A DNA stretch of 49,484 bases from Terrimicrobiaceae bacterium (GTDB lineage Bacteria > Verrucomicrobiota > Verrucomicrobiia > Chthoniobacterales > Terrimicrobiaceae), in NCBI GenBank assembly GCA_041752695.1, contig JBGSVZ010000117.1, positions 1 to 49,484 of the forward strand, in the 5' to 3' direction. Position numbers and translations under genes: made by a program. Under the pieces are notes generated by a model. That model saw only the letters and a program-made list of their open reading frames with translations. It was not told where the DNA came from and made no database searches. Shown here piece after piece: positions 36,507 through 45,131 of this stretch. Each line of letters starts with the position of its first letter. Within the stretch, counting starts at the first letter, position 1.

Positions 36507-39500
36507 CAGTGCCTGCTCGAACCTTGCTTCCCTTCCTTCCCGTTGTGCTCTGTGCTCTTGCCGCCATCAGTGTCCCGGCGCGGGCCGAATCTCATCCGCG
36601 TCTTCTTTTTGATGCCAGCGACATCCCGGCGCTACGGGCCAAAATCACTTCCCAGCCGTGGAAAGGGATGTTCGAAACCCTCCTGGCCGATGCTGAGTCT
36701 GGCGAGTATCGGAATTATGCCGGGTTTCGCACCCCCGACAACCCGGAGGGAGCCACCGGGGACGCTTGGGGGGAATCGGTCAACGCCTTCCGCTGCGCGT
36801 TCCTTTACGTCCTAACCGGGGACGACAAATGGGCGAAGAAGTCGCGAACCTACTGCGAGTGGCGGTTGAGCGACACTTCGGAAAGGAACGGTTGGGCCAA
36901 CCCTGCGGTCTTTGGCCTGAGCCTTTCCTTTCATGGGAAAGCCGTCGCCCTTTCTTACGACTGGTGTTTCGACGCGCCGTCTTGGCAAACCGCCACCAGC
37001 GCCGCGGATGCCACGCCATTCCGTGATCACGTGTCCCGGCAACTTCTCGCGCAGGCCGACGTGATTGCCACCCACGGCGGTGCTCAGCAAAATAACACCG
37101 CGGCCAGCAACTGGCAGGGCATTCGAGGGAGTACTGCGCTGCTTTGTTATCTCGCGGGAGACCTCCCTTACGATGCGGAGCGTTTCAAGAGCATGTTCGC
37201 GAAAACGGAGTCCTATGTTCGCGAAAACGTGGGGCCCGATCCGAACTCCCGCGGATGGAACATCGAGGGGATAGGCTATCTCGGCTACCCCTGGGCCCAC
37301 GTCGTCCCGGCCGCGCTCGCCGCCAAGCGGAACGACCCGAAGAACGATCTTTTTGCCAGCACTCCCGGCAGCAGCTACACGCTCTGGACGCAATACGCCG
37401 CAACGGTAGGGTTTGAAAGACCCGAGGTGTCGGAAAAGCCGATCTGGATTCTTCACCCGGACTTTGGCGATGACCACGCTACCGCCGACGATGCCAACGG
37501 ATGTTTCGGACTGGCCTTCCCCATCACCAAACCGTCTCTCCTTCCCGGGTTCGAGCATTGGTATGCCAAGGTGATGATCCCGGGAGGAAACCATGATCAC
37601 ACCCGCGCGGGCACCATCTTTTCCATCCTCTATCACCCGGCCAAGAAGGCGGCGGATCCCATGAGCATCCCTGATTGGCGCCACGCCTTCCTTGACCCTG
37701 CGGGAAACGGTTTTTTCACCTATCGCAACCGCTATTTGGACAAGGACGACATGGTGGCCCAGATGTATCTGAAGCTACGCGGCAACAAAGGCCATAATGG
37801 CCCGGACGCACTGAGTTTCCGGATCCTCGGCTTAAACACCGCTTGGGCGGTTGGAGGTGGTCGTTATGGCAAAAGCGTGGACGGCGTGGATGTCTACATC
37901 CAGCAGATGAACACGCTCTATCCCACAGATCCCAGCGGGCCGGTAAGCATTAGCTCGGAGTCCGGGAAAGTGGTCGGCACCCCGCTCCTTCTCGACGACG
38001 GCTCCGGCCATGTGGTTGCCTCTATTTCCCGCAACAATGTTGGCGCGACCAATCATAAGCGATGGTTCGTCGCCGACCACAGTAACAAAAATGCCGGAGT
38101 TGAAGCTGTCTATCTGATTGCCGACACCTCGGCCGACGGGTTCTTTTGGCAGATCAACACGCTGGACGAACCGGACACCACGATCACCACTTCGGGAAAC
38201 CATTTCACCATCACCGGGCGTGACGGTTCCTCCATGCGCGGCACCGTCCTTTATCCCACCGGCGACTCGGTGATCACAACAGGGATCCGTGAGCGGGGTA
38301 GCAGTTTTGCTTATCCCATAAATAATAAGCAGGAGACAGGCTATGGACGGCGCAACCGGTTCGTCAATGTTCGCGGACCCGGAGATTATGTGGTCGTCCT
38401 CACCGTGGCCAAATCCGGTCAGACCCACCCCACGGTCAGCAAGGCCGCGGGACGGGTGCTCAACTCGCCGGTCACGGTGGGCGGGAAAACCTACACTTTC
38501 GAGCCGGAAACTGTGCGATACGACACGATGCCGACTCCCGTCATTGCCCCGCCTTCTGTTCCTGGCCAACTTTCTGCGAAGGCCGACCCACACTATTCCC
38601 AAGTGGAACTGAATTGGGTCGATAGGGCCGACAACGAGGACGGTTTTATCCTGGAGCGGAGCACGGAAGGAGAGGCCTGGGTTGCCGTGCAGAAGATCCC
38701 GTTTGCCAATGTGAGTCGGGCGACGGACGGCAACCTGAACCCCTCGACGTCCTACCGGTATCGTCTGCGGGCCTACCATGGCGGCGGTGACTCCGAGGTG
38801 TCGAACGAAGCGACTGCCACCACGCTCCCGGCAGGGCATTCCAAATTGATCGCGGATGACTCCTTTGAATCTTGCGCGATCGCCGTGCTGAATGGCCAGG
38901 GATCGGGGGGCGGTTGGAAAAGTGCCTGGACGGGTCCCGCGGTTGAGGTCATCGATGTGTCCGCCCGTCCGCTCGCTGCCGCTGGTGTGCACGGCGGCAA
39001 CCGCGCCATTCGATTGCCCTGGGGCGAAAACGTCGGCCTGAGAACGTTCGCCCAGGCACCCGCTCTCCAGGACGCCAATCCGGTTTTTCTTAGTTATCTC
39101 GTCCGCTGGGAGGCAGGCACCGACGGGGCAAACGACACGGCGCACCTCTTCAACACGAGTTTTAATCATGACTGGCGCTTTCTTGGCATCGCCAGAGACC
39201 CCACTGCGGGCGACTTCCGCGTATCCAGCCGCCTCGGCGACGGCACAAACGGCGGACCTAAAATGGTCCCCGGCGAAGCGTATCTAATCGTTTGCCGGAT
39301 CACGCCATCCTCCCTGCAGCTCTGGGTAAATCCCGGCAGCGAAAACGACCCGCCGACTCTCACCCACAATCACGGATGGAGCAAAACGACGTTTCCCGGC
39401 ATCGGTCTGAGCTCAAAACCCTCCCCCAACGCCTTCTTCGTGATGGACCGGATCATCGTGGCGAAAGATTTCTCCACGGCCTTGCGTGGCGCGCCGCTGC

Positions 39501-39517
39501 CCGAAGCCTCCCCGTAA
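36503..39517 (+). CDS. Secreted heparinase II/III-like (putative polysaccharide lyase) protein with Fn3 and a C-terminal beta domain
   Basis: Signal peptide; HPRLLF..DIPALRAKI, SNWQG, EGIGYLGY, GHNGPDALSF; Fn3 LNWVDRADNEDGFILERS...YRYRLRA. ATGA overlap with the GH10 gene. Confidence 0.7.
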   Translation: MTVPARTLLPFLPVVLCALAAISVPARAESHPRLLFDASDIPALRAKITSQPWKGMFETLLADAESGEYRNYAGFRTPDNPEGATGDAWGESVNAFRCAFLYVLTGDDKWAKKSRTYCEWRLSDTSERNGWANPAVFGLSLSFHGKAVALSYDWCFDAPSWQTATSAADATPFRDHVSRQLLAQADVIATHGGAQQNNTAASNWQGIRGSTALLCYLAGDLPYDAERFKSMFAKTESYVRENVGPDPNSRGWNIEGIGYLGYPWAHVVPAALAAKRNDPKNDLFASTPGSSYTLWTQYAATVGFERPEVSEKPIWILHPDFGDDHATADDANGCFGLAFPITKPSLLPGFEHWYAKVMIPGGNHDHTRAGTIFSILYHPAKKAADPMSIPDWRHAFLDPAGNGFFTYRNRYLDKDDMVAQMYLKLRGNKGHNGPDALSFRILGLNTAWAVGGGRYGKSVDGVDVYIQQMNTLYPTDPSGPVSISSESGKVVGTPLLLDDGSGHVVASISRNNVGATNHKRWFVADHSNKNAGVEAVYLIADTSADGFFWQINTLDEPDTTITTSGNHFTITGRDGSSMRGTVLYPTGDSVITTGIRERGSSFAYPINNKQETGYGRRNRFVNVRGPGDYVVVLTVAKSGQTHPTVSKAAGRVLNSPVTVGGKTYTFEPETVRYDTMPTPVIAPPSVPGQLSAKADPHYSQVELNWVDRADNEDGFILERSTEGEAWVAVQKIPFANVSRATDGNLNPSTSYRYRLRAYHGGGDSEVSNEATATTLPAGHSKLIADDSFESCAIAVLNGQGSGGGWKSAWTGPAVEVIDVSARPLAAAGVHGGNRAIRLPWGENVGLRTFAQAPALQDANPVFLSYLVRWEAGTDGANDTAHLFNTSFNHDWRFLGIARDPTAGDFRVSSRLGDGTNGGPKMVPGEAYLIVCRITPSSLQLWVNPGSENDPPTLTHNHGWSKTTFPGIGLSSKPSPNAFFVMDRIIVAKDFSTALRGAPLPEASP

Positions 39518-39775
39518 AGACGGTAAATACGGCTTTATGTATTGGGCAGCTAGCCAACTCCCGAATTTTGGGAATGAGACGAAACTCAGTTAGGGTCGCT
39601 TCGAAATGGAGGATGTCCTTCCCGGTGGTCTGACGGGCCGACGATAAGCGGGCCTGCCTGCTCCTCTCTCCTTGCCATCGTGCCATTCGGTTCTGACGAC
39701 ATTCCTTGCTTTGCATTCCTTTCCGTCCGGAATATTTTATCTCCCGACGCCACATGGCGAGGGACGCGAGCAAAA

Positions 39776-39803
39776 CAGGCGATGGCTTTTTAGCCATCGC
39801 CTG
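39776..39803 (-). terminator. Intrinsic terminator-like hairpin downstream of the PEP-CTERM gene 39840..40637
   Basis: 12-bp stem CAGGCGATGGCT/AGCCATCGCCTG, followed on the minus strand by TTTTG. Confidence 0.65.
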
Positions 39804-39839
39804 CACGCCCCAAAATATGGATTTTTGTAAGCCTGGGTT

Positions 39840-40637
39840 TTAGGCGTTGCGGCGACGGCGAACGGCTAAGATGGCTGTCAGGCTAAAGGCTAAAAGGCCC
39901 ACTGTGCCAGGCTCTGGAACCGGAAGGCTGCGGAGTTGAAATGCGGCGATGGCCGCAACATTCACGTCGCCTGCCACGCCATTGATTGTGATGGTCTGCG
40001 ACAGGGAGGAATCCGCCGTGAACGTGCCGATGATAAATTGTCCGAGGCCGTTTGCGGCTTGGGGGACATTAAAGGCCAAATCCGCTGAAGTATTTGCTCC
40101 GCCCGTAAAAGTTTGTTCACGGGTAACCAAAGAGCCGCTGCGCGAGTCGTTCATCCATGCCTGGAAAAGATAGTCGGTACCCTCGACCAAACCGTTGAGG
40201 GTCAACGTCAGGGGTGTGTATGCGCCGCCACCGTCGGCATACACATGGCCCTCGAGTATCCTGCTATACGAGGGGTCGCTGGAAGCCAATGCCGCCCAAT
40301 CGCCACCGTTGCCGGCCCCGTCCGAAACGCTGATGTTTGTCAGGGGGCTCGACAAGGTTGTGTTTCCAATGGTGAAAGGGTTCGCTGGATTCTTTCCGTA
40401 CGCGAACGTCACTCCATTCACCGTCTGGGGATCCCCATTATAATTGATCGCCCGGTCAAAATCCCCGGTGGTTACCACATCGCTGGAACTGACGATATTG
40501 GAGGGTGCTTGCCACGTAATGGTCGCTGCGGACGCTGTGGCGGCTCCCACGGCAAGGGTCAGAAGGACGCAGCCGAGCTTAGAAAACGAAGGAAGGATCA
40601 GGACCTGAGGAGTTGTGGGTTGTAGCTTGTGAGTCAT
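39840..40637 (-). CDS. PEP-CTERM sorting-domain protein (copy A, complete anchor)
   Basis: Signal peptide; VPEPGT followed by a TM helix and RRRRNA. Confidence 0.9.
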   Translation of the reverse strand: MTHKLQPTTPQVLILPSFSKLGCVLLTLAVGAATASAATITWQAPSNIVSSSDVVTTGDFDRAINYNGDPQTVNGVTFAYGKNPANPFTIGNTTLSSPLTNISVSDGAGNGGDWAALASSDPSYSRILEGHVYADGGGAYTPLTLTLNGLVEGTDYLFQAWMNDSRSGSLVTREQTFTGGANTSADLAFNVPQAANGLGQFIIGTFTADSSLSQTITINGVAGDVNVAAIAAFQLRSLPVPEPGTVGLLAFSLTAILAVRRRRNA

Positions 40638-41741
40638 GGTGGGATGAGTTGTTATTCAACGCTTACAATCATGAGTCTCAACAAAAAGAGTTCAATTGGG
40701 ATTCCATAAATTGATTTGTGTTTTTGCAAGCAGGTCTTTTTTCTGGGCAGTCGGTGTGCATAGTCTTCTGGAGTCGCTCTGACATTCCTCGACAAGCGTT
40801 GCGATGGTCTGCTGATGGTGTATAACCATAGCTACGGTCCGTGCTCGGGTACTGGCACAATGCGGAGTTGGAATGCGGCGATAGCCGCGACATTCACGTC
40901 GCCCGCAACTCCGTTGATCGTGATGGCCTGCGACACGGAATCGGCCGTAAATGTTCCGATGATGTATTGTCCGAGACCGTTTGGGTTTTGGGAGACGTTG
41001 AAAGCCAGATTAGCCGAGGTGTTTTCCCCGTCGGTAAAGGTTTCCTGACGGGTCTGAAGGCCGTTTCGGGAGTCGTTCATCCACGCTTGGAACAGATAGG
41101 TTGTTCCCTTGACCAAGCCGTTCAAGGTCAACGTATACACACCACCGGAGGCATACACATGGTTCTCGATCAACCTGCTATACGTGGGATCGGTGGTGAC
41201 CAGTGCCTCCCACGCACCACCGTTGCCACCGCCATCCGATACGGCGATGTCTGTCCGGGGGGTCGAAAGGCTTGTATTTCCAATCGTGATAGGGTTGGCA
41301 GGAATCTTGCCAGACGCGAACGTAACACCATTCACCGTTTGGGCGTCTCCATTAAAACTGATGGCCCTTTCGAAAGTCCCGGTGGTCACCACATCGGTAG
41401 AACCGACGATATTGGACGGCGCTTGCCAAGTGATGGTCGCTGCGGACGCCGTGGCGGAAGCAAGCCCGAGGAGGGTGAAGAGAACGCAACAGAACCTTGA
41501 AAGCAAAGTGTCGATCAGGGTCGCGCCTTGAGGGTTTGTAAAGTATGGTGTTAGGGTCATGGGACGGTGAGCATATGCCTGGAACGAAAATGCTGAATTG
41601 GCTTTCCCAAAAAACTTTTGTGTATTTGCAAGCAAGTCTTCTCTCAGAGCAACTTCTGCGTGTATTCTCCGGGAATGGCCATGGCTTTCCCGGTCAAACG
41701 TCGCGTTGGTCTGCTTATGGTGTATAACCATAGCTACGGTC
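39908..41741. repeat. Diverged tandem duplication of ~0.9 kb (39908-40839 and 40840-41741)
   Basis: The PEP-CTERM bodies, the promoter blocks and the first codons of the regulator are repeated. An identical 25-mer ATGGTGTATAACCATAGCTACGGTC lies at 40815-40839 and 41717-41741. Confidence 0.9.
40832..41560 (-). CDS. PEP-CTERM paralog (copy B) lacking the TM anchor and basic tail
   Basis: Collinear with copy A but ends VPVPEHGP*. The stop codon comes from the antisense strand of the duplicated regulator start. Confidence 0.8.
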   Translation of the reverse strand: MTLTPYFTNPQGATLIDTLLSRFCCVLFTLLGLASATASAATITWQAPSNIVGSTDVVTTGTFERAISFNGDAQTVNGVTFASGKIPANPITIGNTSLSTPRTDIAVSDGGGNGGAWEALVTTDPTYSRLIENHVYASGGVYTLTLNGLVKGTTYLFQAWMNDSRNGLQTRQETFTDGENTSANLAFNVSQNPNGLGQYIIGTFTADSVSQAITINGVAGDVNVAAIAAFQLRIVPVPEHGP

Positions 41742-42799
41742 GCGCCGTAGCAGACGGATTCCAGCGATTCGTCCGGCAACACACACGTTGGAACATAGCC
41801 TGGGCGCCGCTCGGATGGGAGATGCCGGACAGCGCCTTGCGCGAGAAAAAAATTGACGGCATGATCTGCTTCGTTCGTTCGTCCGCACAGCTCAGAGCTT
41901 TACGCCACTTCGTGCCCCACGTGGTAAACGTGTCACACTTGGGCGAGCCACGAAATGCAGTCTCAATCCATACCGATGATGAAGCGGTGGGTGTTCTCGC
42001 GGCGGAGCACTTCCTCGAGAAAGGATTCACAAGATTCCTGTACCTTGGGCTGGTTGACCACGCCTATTCGCTCGCCCGCCATCGCGGGTTCGAAAGCCGG
42101 ATCAAGTCGGAGGGGTACTCGGTGACCTATCGCGCATTCTCTTCTGAACGCTGGAGTTGGCTCCGGGAATTGCCGAAGCCGTGCGCGTTGTTTGTGGGAG
42201 CAGATTGGATGGCCTTTCAAGCTCTGGAAGCGTGTGCGGAACAGGGCATCGCGGTTCCGGACGACATTGCGGTGCTTGGCGTGGACAACGACCTGCCGCA
42301 CTGTGAACTGACGAGTGTGCCTCTCTCCAGCATTGAACTAGCCGGTTCCCTCATCGGAGCCAGGGCGGCGGCGTCCCTCGGACAACTCATGGAGGGCCAC
42401 GCAGTGGATACCGGGCAACCGCACTTGATTCCACCCGTCGGTGTCGTGGAACGTCGCTCCACCGAAGGCACCGCCGTTGGTGACGCTGCGGTCGCTCAGG
42501 CAGTGCGCTACATTCAGGATCAGGCGTTTGAACCGGTCACGGTCGATGCCATTGCGCATGCCGTGCGGCTGCCTCGCTTCGAGCTTGAGAAGCGCTTCCG
42601 CCAAGTCACCGGCCGTTCCCCCTATCAGCAAGTGCTGGCGATTCGTTTGCGAAAAGCCCAGGAACTTCTGATGAGGACCAATCTGCCGATCTCCGAGATC
42701 GCAGAGCAGAGCGCTTTTCATGACCTGCCGAGTTTCAGTGTGTTCTTCAAGCAGCGAACGGGCTTTTCGCCGGGTCAATATCGCAAGGCTTACCGGTAG
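41675..42799 (+). CDS. XylR-type regulator (sugar-binding domain plus AraC HTH)
   Basis: AAEHFLEKGF, VPDDIAVLGVDND, IPPVGVVERRST, LEKRF, SPGQYRK. Confidence 0.9.
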   Translation: MAMAFPVKRRVGLLMVYNHSYGRAVADGFQRFVRQHTRWNIAWAPLGWEMPDSALREKKIDGMICFVRSSAQLRALRHFVPHVVNVSHLGEPRNAVSIHTDDEAVGVLAAEHFLEKGFTRFLYLGLVDHAYSLARHRGFESRIKSEGYSVTYRAFSSERWSWLRELPKPCALFVGADWMAFQALEACAEQGIAVPDDIAVLGVDNDLPHCELTSVPLSSIELAGSLIGARAAASLGQLMEGHAVDTGQPHLIPPVGVVERRSTEGTAVGDAAVAQAVRYIQDQAFEPVTVDAIAHAVRLPRFELEKRFRQVTGRSPYQQVLAIRLRKAQELLMRTNLPISEIAEQSAFHDLPSFSVFFKQRTGFSPGQYRKAYR

Positions 42800-42827
42800 G
42801 ACGCGGACTCACGCTTCAGAAACGAAT

Positions 42828-42855
42828 CAGGCGATGCCCGTTAAGGCATCGCCTG
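42828..42855. terminator. Hairpin CAGGCGATGCC-N6-GGCATCGCCTG
   Basis: Perfect 11-bp stem just after the regulator stop; related to the 39776 hairpin. Confidence 0.6.
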
Positions 42856-42859
42856 CGTT

Positions 42860-42888
42860 CCCCCCCCCCCCCCCCCCCCCCGGGGGGG
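42860..42888. repeat. Homopolymer C22 followed by G7
   Basis: Directly visible in the sequence; coincides with a change in gene character. Confidence 0.95.
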
Positions 42889-42981
42889 TTGCGCTGGCCC
42901 AAACTATTTCGGGGACAAAAGGTCTTTCAGGTCTGCGCCGTGTTGTCGTGGCGCGTCGTATATTTCACAGCGTCCCTTCCA

Positions 42982-43209
42982 TTAAGCCAAGGCTTTGGCA
43001 ACCTGATCTTTCCATGTTTCACCTGCGAGGAAGCACAAATCATGGAGGCTGATCGCTGTGGCCTCACGCCCGCAGGTGAGGCGCTTCAGCACCTCCGGGG
43101 AGAGATAAGCCAGCCGCAGCAGGCGGCTGACGTGCCGTTCGCCCAGGCCGACGGACTCGGCCAAGTCCTCGATGGTGCCGAACTCGCCCGCTTCCAGCCC
43201 GCTCGCCAT
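42982..43209 (-). pseudogene. C-terminal fragment of a recombinase-associated/phage-related HTH protein of alphaproteobacterial islands
   Basis: LEAGEFGTIEDLAESVGLGERHVSRLLRLAYLSPEV...W..Q matches the pattern found at the C-terminus of such serine-recombinase-family and phage-related proteins. The N-terminal part is absent. Confidence 0.6.
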
Positions 43210-43531
43210 GCGCCAGAAGTGGAACCTTTATCAGATGCCGATGGCCGCATAGTCTTATCTACTGTCCAAGGAACCAGGCGCGGTTCGCGGCCGCCACTCT
43301 CGACGTTTACGGCGGTCCAGGAATCGGCTCCAGTCACTGCAAATCCGCCGATGAGCCCAGAGGCGATAGGGCCGCTCGCAAGACCCACCGTACCACCAAT
43401 TCGACCTCTGCATGGCATGTGGTCAAACCCTAGAAGTGCCATGTAATGAGCGAATTGACACCACGGAATAGCTCCATAGTCGATCTCGTCTATGTTGCCC
43501 TTACGGATGGCACCAGCTGAACGTCCAATAC

Positions 43532-44860
43532 TCAGATCGCGTTCATCATTCCCGCCCGACACTCAGGATTGGCGTGGCAATCGGTAATGGCCTCCAGCAA
43601 TTGCTCTGAGAACTTACCTGTGAGGTTGATCTCGCCAAACCCATAGCGTCTGAGATAAAGTTCGGTTTTCAATATTGCAGGTGTGTCGCCGCGCCTGAGC
43701 GACGTGATGAACTCCTCCCGTAGCGCAGGAGACTGTGCCGATGCCTTCATCATCAGCCCAGCTCGTCGCGCCTTGAGGGAAGCGAGTTGATCGGTCTCCG
43801 TCGAAGACTTGCCAATGGCGATCTCAAGCGCCTTCATTGCTTCATCATACCGACCTGCCGCCTCAAGGTAGGTGGAAAGATCTGCAAAGACTTCTGCAGC
43901 AATACTGACCTGATCGCGTCCACCAATAAATGTTTGCAGCGCCGCAGCCGCCTCCGATGACCGGCCGGTTTCGGACAGCGCGCGTGCCATGACGACAAAG
44001 GGGTTCTCGTCGAGCATAAAGCCCGGCCGCCATCGCTGCGACGGATCGTAGTAGGTCGCCGCCTTCGCAATAAATGGAATGGCCTCTTCTGGCTTAAGGT
44101 TCGCAACGAGAGTCAGTCCAAGGCGATATTGAACGGCACGGTTGTCTTCAAATCTGTCGGCCAGCTTACGTGCTTCTGCTTCGGCTCTGTCGAATTCCTT
44201 GACCTTGATATAGTAGCGCACATAGGCGTCACCCACCCTCCAGTTCTCTGGGGCAAGTTGATGCGCCTTTTCGAGACGTGCTGGCGCATCGGCCAGATCA
44301 GTGAACTCGATGGCGAGGTCAGCCCAGGCGAGCCACACTTCCACAAATTGCGGAGCCTCCGTTGCCGCCTGCCGCCGGACAGTATAAACCGCCATGCCGC
44401 CAAGACCCATCATCCAGGATGTCGAGCCCATGCAGATGATCGAGCCACCGCCTGCCGCCTTCATGTCCGGCAACACGGCTTGGGACGCAAAGAACTGATG
44501 CTTCAGATTGACGGCGATGCGGCCATCGAAATACTCAGGGGTCACGTCTTCTGTCACATGGCGATCGTCATGTGCCGCGTTGTTTACAAGGATCGTGATC
44601 GGTCCATTGATCTTGCGGATCTGGTCAATCGCCTGCCGCAAGGCGGCAATGTCGCAAACGTCTGCCTTCTCGAAATGGACGTCTCCGCCTGCGGCACGAA
44701 CCGCTTCGACGACCCGCATTCCTGCAGTTTCATTGATGTCAATGAAACCGACCTTTGCACCTTGGCTGGCAAAGTCCCGTACGATGCTCTCGCCTATGCC
44801 CGAACCACCTCCGGTTACGAGCACAGATCGACCCTTCAAGTCAGGATATACAGCTCCCAT
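43532..44860 (-). CDS. Chimeric ORF: truncated SDR sugar dehydrogenase (Caulobacter XylB-like) fused in frame to a TPR protein C-terminal part
   Basis: AVYPDLKGRSVLVTGGGSGIG, NNAAHDDRH and GSTSW...VYT, then an abrupt switch at ~44380 to TPR-like helices and a peptidoglycan-binding-like tail. Confidence 0.7.
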   Translation of the reverse strand: MGAVYPDLKGRSVLVTGGGSGIGESIVRDFASQGAKVGFIDINETAGMRVVEAVRAAGGDVHFEKADVCDIAALRQAIDQIRKINGPITILVNNAAHDDRHVTEDVTPEYFDGRIAVNLKHQFFASQAVLPDMKAAGGGSIICMGSTSWMMGLGGMAVYTVRRQAATEAPQFVEVWLAWADLAIEFTDLADAPARLEKAHQLAPENWRVGDAYVRYYIKVKEFDRAEAEARKLADRFEDNRAVQYRLGLTLVANLKPEEAIPFIAKAATYYDPSQRWRPGFMLDENPFVVMARALSETGRSSEAAAALQTFIGGRDQVSIAAEVFADLSTYLEAAGRYDEAMKALEIAIGKSSTETDQLASLKARRAGLMMKASAQSPALREEFITSLRRGDTPAILKTELYLRRYGFGEINLTGKFSEQLLEAITDCHANPECRAGMMNAI

Positions 44861-44931
44861 AGATCGCTTCGCGCCTTTGATATGTGCATCTCTGTTCGAT
44901 CGTGGATTGCGACCGCCGGATGATCTTTCAA

Positions 44932-44942
44932 TTATCATACAA
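44932..44942 (-). promoter_or_regulatory. Possible GntR/FadR-type box TTGTATGATAA upstream of the SDR
   Basis: AT-rich imperfect palindrome ~70 nt upstream of the SDR start. Confidence 0.35.
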
Positions 44943-45131
44943 AAATCTTGTGGGTCGTCAAACGCTACTGCGGGCAGACCAGCCATGCAGGGGACTTCCG
45001 GCAGTGCAGCATGTCGATGCGCGCGTTCGACTGTGCCCGTTGGCTGAGGCTTCCTTCAGCAATCCCTTCTCGAAGCCGCACAGTGTTGCGGGCTCTCATC
45101 GCACCCGGCCCGCACGGCCTCTGCATCTTCT

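Noticed and set aside
42860..42888. Poly-C tract as a phase-variation switch
   Set aside because: It lies downstream of two convergent stops, not in a promoter or coding frame; an artefact or junction is more plausible.
43086..43562. 158-aa minus-strand ORF
   Set aside because: It overlaps both neighbours, has no motif and crosses an apparent breakpoint.
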